Assembly: GCA_947454695.1 (NCBI GenBank)
Contig: CANGMW010000001.1
Span: 1-51,418, forward strand
Direction: 5' to 3'
Source of the DNA: Comamonadaceae bacterium
GTDB taxonomy: Bacteria > Pseudomonadota > Gammaproteobacteria > Burkholderiales > Burkholderiaceae_C
DNA: 51,418 bases
Positions 1-7,986 of this stretch are shown here, one piece after another. The notes beneath the pieces were generated by a model. The model made no database searches and was not told where the DNA came from. It saw only the letters and a program-made list of their open reading frames with translations. A program made the position numbers and the translations under genes. Within the stretch, counting starts at the first letter, position 1. Every line of letters begins with the position of its first letter.

Positions 1-399
1 TCCAGCCTTGAGATTCCTTTGAACACCCGCTCCACCTTGGATTTACTTCGCGATGCCTCTCCCATCAGCCTAGGGGAGATCGCCTGGCGCGTCGGCTTTG
101 TGATGGCGGCTTTCAACCTGCTGATCGTGGCGCTGGCTGCCACCCGGGTCAACCCCAGGGTGGGAAGAACTGGCAACTTGGTCTTTTCTTTGCTCTTGTT
201 TCAGGTGTATTTGAACTTTCTGACCTTGGGACAAAACTGGATTGCCTCCCAAGCGGTCAGTTTTTTAACCTTCAACGCGCTCTTGCATGGCGGCGCCTTT
301 TTATTGGCGCTGCTGTGGCTGGCCAAGGTACACCACAACTGGAGCTGGCGCAGTCTGTTCGCGCTTCAGCACCCTCCCATTCGCAAGGCAGTGGCATGA
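1..399 (+). CDS. lptF: LPS export ABC permease LptF, C-terminal fragment (5' end outside the window)
   Basis: Frame 1 is open from base 1 to TGA 397-399. The hydrophobic C-terminal helices are typical of YjgP/YjgQ permeases. The stop overlaps the ATG of the next YjgP/YjgQ gene (ATGA at 396-399), the usual lptF-lptG arrangement. Confidence 0.75.
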   Translation, partial: SSLEIPLNTRSTLDLLRDASPISLGEIAWRVGFVMAAFNLLIVALAATRVNPRVGRTGNLVFSLLLFQVYLNFLTLGQNWIASQAVSFLTFNALLHGGAFLLALLWLAKVHHNWSWRSLFALQHPPIRKAVA

Positions 400-1505
400 A
401 AACGCTTAGCCGATTGATTCATGCAGAGGTGTTTTCTGCGGTAGCGTTTGTGACGCTTGGATTTTTGGCGCTGTTTAGTTTTTTTGACTTCGTCGATCAG
501 TTGCCTTCGGTTGGCAAAGCGGGGACTTTGTCGGACTACAAATTGCCCCAAGCTGCCAGCTATGTGGCGCTGCTGATTCCCAATCACTTGTACGAATTGC
601 TGCCCATCACGGTATTGATCGGGACAATTTTTGTAATGACCCGACTCGCGCAAAGCTCTGAGTTCACGATTTTGCGCACCAGTGGCTTGGGCCCTTGGCG
701 CGCCTTGCGCACTTTGCTGGTGACCGGGGTCACGTTTGTGGTGGTGACCTTTGCCATCGGTGACTACTTGGCGCCTTGGGCGGACAAAACGGCCCAGTTA
801 CTCAAAGCGCGCTTTGAAGGCGCTTTAACGGTGGGTCAAACAGGTGCCTGGCTGCGCGAGAAACAAGCCTACGCGCAGTTTGCAGTGAATGTCAGCGCCC
901 TGGACGCCGATGGCAGCATGCGAGGTGTGCGTATTTTTGAATTTGACAACCAGAACTTGCTGGTTTCCATGACCCGTGCGCCCAAAGCCGAGTTTGGTCT
1001 CAACGATGCCTGGCTGCTCAAAGAAGCTCAGCGGACCGAGTTTCAAGCGCGGTCCGGCGGGTCATCCGAAATTAACCGATTCACCTCTGAAACGATGCGC
1101 TGGCCTACGGACATCACGGCGGAAATGGTGTCTGCGGCGGTGCTCAAACCCGAGCGCATGAGCACCATCGACTTATTTCAGTACATCCGTCACCTCAATG
1201 CCAATGGGCAGTCTGCCGAGCGCTATGAAATCGAATTCTGGAAGAAGGTTTTTTACCCCTTGAGTTGCCTGGTGATGGTGGTGCTGGCCTTGCCGTTTGC
1301 CTATTTGCATTTCCGCAACGAAGGCATTTCGATCTACGTGTTTGGTGGGGTGATGGCCGGTATCAGCTTCTTTTTCCTCAACAACGTGTTTGGCTACATC
1401 GGTGAGCTAAGGCATTGGGTTCCGTGGCTCACTGCAGCACTGCCCGGCATGATTTATTCCGTTATCTCACTCACTGCATTCGCGTGGCTGGTGCTGCGCC
1501 GATGA
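396..1505 (+). CDS. lptG: LPS export ABC permease LptG
   Basis: 369 aa with YjgP/YjgQ architecture: three N-terminal TM helices, a soluble middle domain and a C-terminal TM bundle. ATG 396 (MKTLSRLIH...) overlaps the lptF stop. The ORF-track start at 315 lies inside lptF and is rejected. Confidence 0.85.
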   Translation: MKTLSRLIHAEVFSAVAFVTLGFLALFSFFDFVDQLPSVGKAGTLSDYKLPQAASYVALLIPNHLYELLPITVLIGTIFVMTRLAQSSEFTILRTSGLGPWRALRTLLVTGVTFVVVTFAIGDYLAPWADKTAQLLKARFEGALTVGQTGAWLREKQAYAQFAVNVSALDADGSMRGVRIFEFDNQNLLVSMTRAPKAEFGLNDAWLLKEAQRTEFQARSGGSSEINRFTSETMRWPTDITAEMVSAAVLKPERMSTIDLFQYIRHLNANGQSAERYEIEFWKKVFYPLSCLVMVVLALPFAYLHFRNEGISIYVFGGVMAGISFFFLNNVFGYIGELRHWVPWLTAALPGMIYSVISLTAFAWLVLRR

Positions 1506-1530
1506 GGCCATCCATCACAAGCCAGTCCTT

Positions 1531-1905
1531 ATGAGCCAATCTACTTCCCCTCAGGGCGTCATCCTCTTTGCACACGGGTCCCGGGATCCTTTGTGGCACC
1601 GCCCGATGCAGCAGGTCGCCCAGCGCGCACTCGCCCTCAATCCCAAGACCGTCGTGGCCTGTGCGTACTTGGAGCTCACCTCGCCGGATTTGCCAAGTTG
1701 CGCCGCCGATATGGTCGCTCAGGGCGTGCAAGCCATCACGGTGGTGCCGATGTTTTTAGGCGTGGGCCGGCACGCCCGTGAAGATTTGCCACTTCTGATG
1801 CAAAGCATTCAAGCGCAATATCCCCAGGTGTCGTTCACGCTTCAAGCCGCCATTGGCGAGCACCCCTTGGTTGTGGAGTTGTTGGCCCAGATCGCTTTAT
1901 CCTGA
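1531..1905 (+). CDS. Small CbiX/SirB-type sirohydrochlorin chelatase family protein
   Basis: 124 aa. 'VILFAHGSRDPLW' followed by 'VVPMFLGVGRHAREDLP' is the CbiX(S) chelatase pattern (His in the HGSR motif, second-half F-L-x-x-G-x-H). Confidence 0.7.
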   Translation: MSQSTSPQGVILFAHGSRDPLWHRPMQQVAQRALALNPKTVVACAYLELTSPDLPSCAADMVAQGVQAITVVPMFLGVGRHAREDLPLLMQSIQAQYPQVSFTLQAAIGEHPLVVELLAQIALS

Positions 1906-1924
1906 CACCTCAAGCAAGCATGAA

Positions 1925-1952
1925 TTAGAACCACCTGCACGGTACGTACAAT
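1925..1952 (+). promoter_or_regulatory. Candidate sigma70 promoter for the PAP2/UbiA/GT-C/HAD operon (TTAGAA-16 nt-TACAAT)
   Basis: TTAGAA at 1925-1930 and TACAAT at 1947-1952 with a 16-nt spacer, in the 82-nt gap between the CbiX stop and ATG 1988. Read by eye only. Confidence 0.3.
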
Positions 1953-1987
1953 CCCGCAAGCCCTTCGGCCACTGGGCTCTCCCATTC

Positions 1988-2680
1988 ATGACATCCAAAC
2001 CTTCAAGCCAATCCAACTTCTTGCTGCTCGTGCTGGCGTCTTCGCTGGTGGTGGCCCTTTTGCCCGTGCTGTGGCCGCAAATCGATTTGCTTGTGGCTGG
2101 TTTCTTTTTAAAGTCCCACCCTGAGTTGCAAACAAACCCCGGCGTTTGGGTGAATCTGATCAATGAATTCACCCCGGACTTGTTTCGCAGCGTGGCCATC
2201 GCCTTGCTGATTGGCTGGCTACTGGTGGTGCTGAGCCGCCGCTGGAAGCGTTCAGCTTTGGCATTGGCATTTGTCGGCTTTTCATTGTTGCTGGGGCCGG
2301 GTCTGGCCACCTGGGCGGTTAAAGAACACCAGTTGCGCGCGCGCCCCTTTGACGTGGTGGAGTTTGGCGGGCAACGGCAGTTCACGCCGGCCTTGGAGCA
2401 AGCCAATCAATGCAACGTGAATTGCGCTTTTGTCAGTGGCCATGTGGCCTGTGGTTTTTTCTTCGCCTCGCTCATGCTGCTGGATCCGCGGCGACGGCGC
2501 TGGTGGCTAGCATCTGGCGTGGTTGCAGGCCTCGTCATTGGCTATGCGCGCATGTCGGTCGGCGCGCATTGGCTCAGCGACGTGTTGTGGGCGTTTCCCA
2601 TCACCCTGGCCAGCAGTTGGCTGGTCTGGCGTGTACTGGTGGTGTTCTATAAAAATGAATTGCCCCGAGAATTGGCATAA
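1988..2680 (+). CDS. PAP2-family (type 2 phosphatidic acid / polyprenyl phosphate) phosphatase, integral membrane
   Basis: All three PAP2 motifs are present: K-x6-RP (KEHQLRARP), SGH (FVSGHVA) and R-x5-H-x3-D (ARMSVGAHWLSD), with several TM helices. Start moved to ATG 1988 (MTSKPSS...) because the 1853 start overlaps CbiX. Confidence 0.85.
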   Translation: MTSKPSSQSNFLLLVLASSLVVALLPVLWPQIDLLVAGFFLKSHPELQTNPGVWVNLINEFTPDLFRSVAIALLIGWLLVVLSRRWKRSALALAFVGFSLLLGPGLATWAVKEHQLRARPFDVVEFGGQRQFTPALEQANQCNVNCAFVSGHVACGFFFASLMLLDPRRRRWWLASGVVAGLVIGYARMSVGAHWLSDVLWAFPITLASSWLVWRVLVVFYKNELPRELA

Positions 2681-2683
2681 ATC

Positions 2684-3550
2684 ATGACTTCTCCTTTGGC
2701 CATGGCCCGATCTTTGGTGGTGTTGATGCGCCCGCATCAATGGCTGAAAAACGTCTTTGTGTTCGCGGGTTTGTTGTTCAGCCCCAACTGGCGTGATGGG
2801 GCCCTGATGGGTCCGATCCTGAGTGCCTTTGCTGCCTTTTGCTGCTTTTCAAGTTTGGTTTACATCATCAATGACTGGCGTGACCGGTCCAGCGACGCAC
2901 AGCATCCCGAAAAACGTCTGCGGCCCTTGGCCAGTGGCGCGGTGCCTTTGTCACTGGCTTTTGTTTTAGCCAGTGCTTTGCTCTTTGCCGGATTGGGTTT
3001 GGCGGCGGGCAACACCCCCTTGCTGGGGCTGCTGGCTGTTTATGTGGCCTTGAACCTGGCTTACTCCTGGGGGCTCAAACACGTTCCGGTGGTGGATGTG
3101 TCCATCATCGCCAGTGGCTTCATGTTGCGCTTGCTGGCGGGCACGCTGGCGGTGGGTATTCCGCCCTCACGATGGCTTTTGCTCACGGGACTTTTCATTG
3201 CCTTGTTTTTGGGTTTTTCCAAACGCAAGGCCGAAAGTTTTCATGACGCGGCACTGCAACGTCATGTCATGCAGCATTACCCCGCATCTCTGCTGGACAC
3301 CTATGTGGCCGTCACCATGACGGCCACTCTGATGACCTACAGCCTGTATGCGACCAGCCCGGAGACCCTGTTGCTCCACGGTGAGCGGCTGGTCTACACC
3401 GTGCCGGTGGTGATCTTTGGCATGCTGCGTTATGCCTATCAAGTCCAGCGTGGTCGCGGTGAAGACGTCGCCCGTGATCTGCTTCGCGATCCTTGGATCT
3501 TGCTCGCCTTAATGTTTTGGCTGCTGATTTTCTTGTTCCCTCGTTTTTGA
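2684..3550 (+). CDS. UbiA-superfamily polyprenyl-phosphate 5-phosphoribosyltransferase (Rv3806c / DPPR synthase-like)
   Basis: 288 aa polytopic protein. 'RPHQWLKN', the Asp-rich motif NDWRDRSSDAQHPEKRLRPLASG, 'GLKHVPVVD', 'KRKAES' and the C-terminal 'LRYAYQVQRGRGEDVARDLLRD' parallel my recollection of mycobacterial UbiA Rv3806c (NDVRDVEADREHPTKRFRP...). The start lies 4 nt after the PAP2 stop. Confidence 0.8.
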   Translation: MTSPLAMARSLVVLMRPHQWLKNVFVFAGLLFSPNWRDGALMGPILSAFAAFCCFSSLVYIINDWRDRSSDAQHPEKRLRPLASGAVPLSLAFVLASALLFAGLGLAAGNTPLLGLLAVYVALNLAYSWGLKHVPVVDVSIIASGFMLRLLAGTLAVGIPPSRWLLLTGLFIALFLGFSKRKAESFHDAALQRHVMQHYPASLLDTYVAVTMTATLMTYSLYATSPETLLLHGERLVYTVPVVIFGMLRYAYQVQRGRGEDVARDLLRDPWILLALMFWLLIFLFPRF

Positions 3551-3561
3551 ACGTCAGTCAC

Positions 3562-5136
3562 ATGGATCCCGTTGCCATGAGCAAGCCAAGCGTCGTCCAT
3601 CTTCCCGACATGTCTAAGCCCCGGCTGATGCGCTGGCTCCTGCTCGTTGGTTTGTCGGCGTTCTTGCTGCGCCTTTGGATCTCCATGGCCTTGCCAGTGA
3701 CCGGGGACGAGGCTTATTTTTATTGGTGGGGTATTTTTCGTGACTGGGGCTATTACGACCATCCGCCTATGGCCGGCTGGTGGATGAGCGCTATGCAGAC
3801 CACGCTGGGGCATGCCCCGTGGGCGATTCGTTTACCGGCTGTGCTCTTGCCTGTGGCGATGGGTGCGGTCATCTGGTGGACCTTTTTGCCCCTGGACCGG
3901 GACCGCGCCGGCTGGGCTGTGCTGTTGTTCTGGCTGGCGCCGCTGAACTGGCTCAATGCCTTGATCACCACCGACACGCCGCTGATGTTCTGGTCGCTGT
4001 TGTCGATGGCCTGCCTGGTGCGCGCCGAACTCGTTCCCAAAGACCATGCGCCGCGATGGGGTCTGTACACCGCCAGCGGCCTGTTTCTGAGTTTGGCCTT
4101 CCTGTCTAAATATTTTGCCGTGGTACTGGGGTTTGCCTACGTCGTGTACTTTGTCTTGTACCGGCGTGATCGTTGGCCCGCGCTGTTGCTGTTGTGCTTG
4201 TGTGCCCTGCCCGGACCTTTGATCAACTTGGCCTGGAATGCCTCACATGGCTGGGCGAACATCATGTTCAACGTGTTTAACCGACATCAAAGTTCCGGGG
4301 TTGAGCTGCACAAGCCGCTGCTTTACTTAGCCATGCTGGCCTATTTGGTCACACCGGGCGCGCTTTGGTTGATCTTCAAGCATCGGCGGGTGTGGCGTGA
4401 TGCCTGGGGTTCCAAGCCGGCAGTTTCAAAACTGGTGGTGTGTTTGTTGGTGGTACCCCTGGTGTTTTTTGGATGCTTGTCTTTGAAGAAGGTGGTGGGC
4501 TTGCATTGGGTGTTTTCTTTTTACCCGATGCTCTTCGTCTTCATGGCGTTCAGCTTGCCCAAGGCGAGCTTGAAACGATGTGCTCAGGCATTGGCGGCAT
4601 TTACCGCCTTACACGTGTTGATCGTGGGGCTAATCGCAACCACGTCATTGGAACAGTGGCAAGGTAAGTCCCACTACTTTTCACTTGTCCGCGCCTTTCG
4701 TACTGCCCAAATCCTCGAAAAATTCGATTCTCCCGGGACCGTTTTGATGGCAGACGCCTACTCGCCCGCTTCGGTTTACGGCTATGTGCGTGAGCGCTAT
4801 GTGCCGGTCTTTGGCCCAGGCAGTTTTCACGCGCGGCAAGATGATTTTGAAACCGACTTTTCACAATTTCAAGGTCAAACCATCCGTGTGCTGCTGTCCG
4901 ATCCAGCCGTGTTGTCCGACTTTGCGCCCTACTTTGATTCGGTGAAAGCCGTCCAGATTGAGCAAGACGGCGCAACGTTTTACGGCGTAGAAGGCGTCAA
5001 CTTCAACTATCCCGCCTACCGTGATGGTGTGTTGCGTTGGGTGTACCAGCGCTACTACAACATCCCCAGCTGGTTACCCATGACAGACTGCCCGTTTTGT
5101 CGCAAAGTATGTGGCGAACCGAGGTGTGCGCCATGA
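3562..5136 (+). CDS. GT-C fold glycosyltransferase (ArnT / PMT_2, GT39/GT83-like), polyprenyl-phosphate-sugar dependent
   Basis: About 11 TM helices. The first loop carries 'PVTGDEAYFYWWG' and 'GYYDHPPMAGWW' (the DE / DHPP signature of ArnT/PMT-type GT-C enzymes). A soluble C-terminal domain of about 150 aa follows. The start is uncertain (ATG 3562, 3577 or 3610); the ORF-track start 3493 overlaps the upstream gene. Confidence 0.8.
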   Translation: MDPVAMSKPSVVHLPDMSKPRLMRWLLLVGLSAFLLRLWISMALPVTGDEAYFYWWGIFRDWGYYDHPPMAGWWMSAMQTTLGHAPWAIRLPAVLLPVAMGAVIWWTFLPLDRDRAGWAVLLFWLAPLNWLNALITTDTPLMFWSLLSMACLVRAELVPKDHAPRWGLYTASGLFLSLAFLSKYFAVVLGFAYVVYFVLYRRDRWPALLLLCLCALPGPLINLAWNASHGWANIMFNVFNRHQSSGVELHKPLLYLAMLAYLVTPGALWLIFKHRRVWRDAWGSKPAVSKLVVCLLVVPLVFFGCLSLKKVVGLHWVFSFYPMLFVFMAFSLPKASLKRCAQALAAFTALHVLIVGLIATTSLEQWQGKSHYFSLVRAFRTAQILEKFDSPGTVLMADAYSPASVYGYVRERYVPVFGPGSFHARQDDFETDFSQFQGQTIRVLLSDPAVLSDFAPYFDSVKAVQIEQDGATFYGVEGVNFNYPAYRDGVLRWVYQRYYNIPSWLPMTDCPFCRKVCGEPRCAP

Positions 5137-5789
5137 ACGCACCAACGCCGACCTTGATGAATCCAAGTGCTGAGCGCGTGGTGATCGCGGCCTTTGATTT
5201 TGATGGCACCTTGACGCGGGGCGACACCTTGATCCCCTTTTTGCGTCGCAGTCTGGGCCTCGGGCTGTTTTGCCGAGCCCTGGTCTTGAGTTCGCCTTGG
5301 CTCATGGCTTACCTGTTGCGCTTGATCAGCAACGAAAGGGCCAAAGCCCGTTTGCTGCGCGTGAGTGTGGCAGGTTGGTCCCGACAGCAGGCATTGCTCC
5401 GGGCTGAACAGTTCGTCAGGCAAGCTCTGCCCGCCATGTGGCGTGGCGCGGCTTTGCAACAACTGCGCGACCACCAGCAACGCGGTCACCGGTGTGTGCT
5501 CGTCAGTGCTTCGCCCGATCTTTATCTGGAAGCGGTGGCACGGACTTTGCGCGTCGATGGTTTGATCTGCACCCGCATGGCGGTCGATCACGGCTTGTAC
5601 ACCGGTGACCTGTCCACCCCGAATTGTTATGGCCCGCAAAAAGTGATCCGCTTGGAAGCCTGGCTGCGCGACCATATCGGCGCTCAAGCCTTTGAGTTGT
5701 ACGCCTATGGCGACTCAGCGGGTGACCGCGAGCTGCTGGCGATTGCCGACCACGCCTGGCTTCGAGGACGTCCTCAGGGGGGAAAGTGA
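5133..5789 (+). CDS. HAD-IB family hydrolase (phosphatase)
   Basis: HAD motif I 'AAFDFDGTLT', motif II 'VLVSASP', motif IV 'YGDSAGDRELL'. ATG 5133 overlaps the GT-C stop (ATGA 5133-5136). Confidence 0.8.
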   Translation: MNAPTPTLMNPSAERVVIAAFDFDGTLTRGDTLIPFLRRSLGLGLFCRALVLSSPWLMAYLLRLISNERAKARLLRVSVAGWSRQQALLRAEQFVRQALPAMWRGAALQQLRDHQQRGHRCVLVSASPDLYLEAVARTLRVDGLICTRMAVDHGLYTGDLSTPNCYGPQKVIRLEAWLRDHIGAQAFELYAYGDSAGDRELLAIADHAWLRGRPQGGK

Positions 5790-5831
5790 TTGGTCGGGCA
5801 TAATGAAGGCCAGTTTTAGCTGGATTTCGAT

Positions 5832-6785
5832 ATGAACCTTCACCAATTCCGATTTGTCCAGGAAGCGGCCCGACACAATTTGAACCTGACCGAGGCGGCC
5901 AAAGCACTGCACACCTCGCAGCCGGGGGTGTCCAAGGCCATCATCGAGCTGGAAGAGGAATTGGGCATCGAGATTTTTGCCCGTCACGGCAAACGACTCA
6001 AACGTATCACCGAGCCAGGCCAGCATGTGCTCAAGAGCATCGAGATCGTGATGCGTGAACTGGGCAACCTCAAGCGCATCGGCGAGCAGTACAGCGCGCA
6101 GGACAACGGCACCTTGTCGATCGCCACCACCCACACCCAGGCCCGCTATGTGCTGCCCGAACCAGTGGCCAAATTGCGCGCGGCCTACCCCAAAGTCAAT
6201 CTGAGCCTGCACCAGGGCACACCCGATCAAGTCGCGCGCATGCTGATCGACGATGTGGCCGAAATCGGCATCGCCACCGAGTCCTTGTCGGATTACAGCG
6301 AACTCGTTACCCTGCCCTGCTACGAGTGGCAGCATGTGCTGGTGTTGCCGGCCGACCACCCCTTGGCGGGCAAAGCCCGGCTCACCCTGGAAGACATCGC
6401 CGCCGAGCCGATCATCACCTACCACCCGTCTTTCACCGGCCGCACCCGGATCGACAACGCGTTTGCCGCGCGCAAACTTCAGCCAAGGATTGCCCTGGAA
6501 GCCATTGATTCCGATGTGATCAAGACCTACGTCAAGTTGGGCATGGGCATTGGTATCGTGGCGGAAATGTCGGTGCGTGAACTGAGCGACAAAGGCACAG
6601 ACGGTGAACTGGTGATCCGTCCTTTGGGCCAACTTTTTGGTCAGAACGTGACCCGGGTCGCGTTCAAGCGCGGGGCCTATTTGCGCAATTTTGTTTTTGA
6701 TTTCGCTGAGCTATTGAGTGATCGCCTCACCCGCGATCTGGTCGCGCGTGCCATGACCGGGCATGTGAACGACTACGAGCTTTGA
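5832..6785 (+). CDS. cysB: LysR-family transcriptional regulator, CysB/Cbl type
   Basis: The N-terminus 'MNLHQFRFVQEAARHNLNLTEAAKALHTSQPGVSKAIIELEEELGIEIF' is the characteristic CysB HTH. 317 aa, with a type-2 periplasmic-binding-fold effector domain. Confidence 0.85.
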   Translation: MNLHQFRFVQEAARHNLNLTEAAKALHTSQPGVSKAIIELEEELGIEIFARHGKRLKRITEPGQHVLKSIEIVMRELGNLKRIGEQYSAQDNGTLSIATTHTQARYVLPEPVAKLRAAYPKVNLSLHQGTPDQVARMLIDDVAEIGIATESLSDYSELVTLPCYEWQHVLVLPADHPLAGKARLTLEDIAAEPIITYHPSFTGRTRIDNAFAARKLQPRIALEAIDSDVIKTYVKLGMGIGIVAEMSVRELSDKGTDGELVIRPLGQLFGQNVTRVAFKRGAYLRNFVFDFAELLSDRLTRDLVARAMTGHVNDYEL

Positions 6786-6837
6786 ACCTCCTTTCGCCGC
6801 CGCCACTTCTACACCACTCACTTCCCGCTGACGCACC

Positions 6838-7986
6838 ATGACGCCCCATCTCGACTCCCGTTTGCCCAAGGTTGGCACCACCATCTTCACCGTCATGTCG
6901 GGCCTGGCGACTGAAAAAGGTGCGGTCAATCTGGGACAAGGATTCCCCGACTTCAACTGTGACCCGCGCTTAGTTCACGATGTGACGCACGCCATGACCG
7001 AAGGGCTTAACCAGTACCCGCCGATGACCGGCGTTCCGGTTTTGCGGGACGCGATTGCGGCCAAAATCCAAAACCTGTACGGACGCCGCTACGACCCGGT
7101 GACTGAAATCACCGTCACGGCCGGCGCCACACAAGCGATTCTCACGGCCATTTTGGCCATCGTGCACCCGGGCGATGAGGTGATTGTTCTGGAGCCTTGC
7201 TACGACAGCTATGTACCCAATATTGAACTCGCCGGTGGCGTGGTGGTGCGCGTGCCGCTCACGCCCGGCACCTTCCGGCCTGACTTTGACAAAATCTCGG
7301 CGGCCCTCTCCCCTAGGACCCGCGCCATCATCGTCAACTCCCCCCACAATCCCAGCGGCACGGTCTGGACCGAAGATGAGATGCGCCAGCTGCAGGACCT
7401 CCTGGCACCCACCAATGTGTTCTTGATTTCCGACGAAGTCTATGAGCACATGGTGTTCGATGGTCGCGCCCATCAAAGCGCTGCGCGTTTCCCGGAATTG
7501 GCCGAGCGAACCTTCATCGTCTCCAGTTTCGGCAAGACTTACCATGTGACCGGTTGGAAAATCGGCTTTGTCGCCGCCCCGGCCGCCATGTCGGCCGAAT
7601 TCAGAAAAGTGCACCAGTTCAATGTGTTCACGGTGAACACACCGGTGCAATTTGGCCTGGCCAGCTTCATGGCCGACCCCAAGCCATACCTGGAACTGCC
7701 CGCCTTTTACCAGCGCAAGCGCGACCTGTTCCGCGAAGGCTTGCAGCGCACACGCTTCAAACTGCTGCCCAGCGAGGGCACCTATTTCCAGTGCGTGGAC
7801 ATCTCCGCCGTGAGTGATCTGAAGGAAGCAGAATTTTGCATGTGGCTCACCACCGAGATCGGCGTGGCGGCTATTCCCCTGTCGGCCTTTTACGATGCCG
7901 GCTTTGATCAGCGGGTGGTGCGTTTTTGCTTTGCCAAGAAAGACGAAACTTTGCAACTCGCCCTGGAGCGGCTGGCCAAGTTATAG
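6838..7986 (+). CDS. PLP-dependent class I aminotransferase, YbdL (methionine aminotransferase)-like
   Basis: 'LPKVGTTIFTVMSGLATEKGAVNLGQGFPDF', 'NSPHNPSG' and the PLP lysine in 'SSFGKTYHVTGWK'. Confidence 0.85.
   Translation: MTPHLDSRLPKVGTTIFTVMSGLATEKGAVNLGQGFPDFNCDPRLVHDVTHAMTEGLNQYPPMTGVPVLRDAIAAKIQNLYGRRYDPVTEITVTAGATQAILTAILAIVHPGDEVIVLEPCYDSYVPNIELAGGVVVRVPLTPGTFRPDFDKISAALSPRTRAIIVNSPHNPSGTVWTEDEMRQLQDLLAPTNVFLISDEVYEHMVFDGRAHQSAARFPELAERTFIVSSFGKTYHVTGWKIGFVAAPAAMSAEFRKVHQFNVFTVNTPVQFGLASFMADPKPYLELPAFYQRKRDLFREGLQRTRFKLLPSEGTYFQCVDISAVSDLKEAEFCMWLTTEIGVAAIPLSAFYDAGFDQRVVRFCFAKKDETLQLALERLAKL

Noticed and set aside
315-395. N-terminal extensions suggested by the ORF track for lptG (315), PAP2 (1853), GT-C (3493), HAD (5037), DUF934 (20892), cysD (22072), glnD (35789), dapC (45705), dapD (46975) and prmB (50201).
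   Set aside because: Each extension overlaps the preceding gene or lacks similarity to the family N-terminus. In each case an internal ATG gives the canonical N-terminus, often with an ATGA/TGATG stop-start overlap, so I used the shorter coordinates.
1988-5789. The PAP2/UbiA/GT-C/HAD operon considered as a horizontally acquired genomic island.
   Set aside because: There is no flanking tRNA, integrase, transposase or direct repeats. By eye, codon style (frequent TTG/CTG Leu, GC-rich third positions) matches the neighbouring core genes. I cannot compute composition statistics, so acquisition is not excluded, only unsupported.
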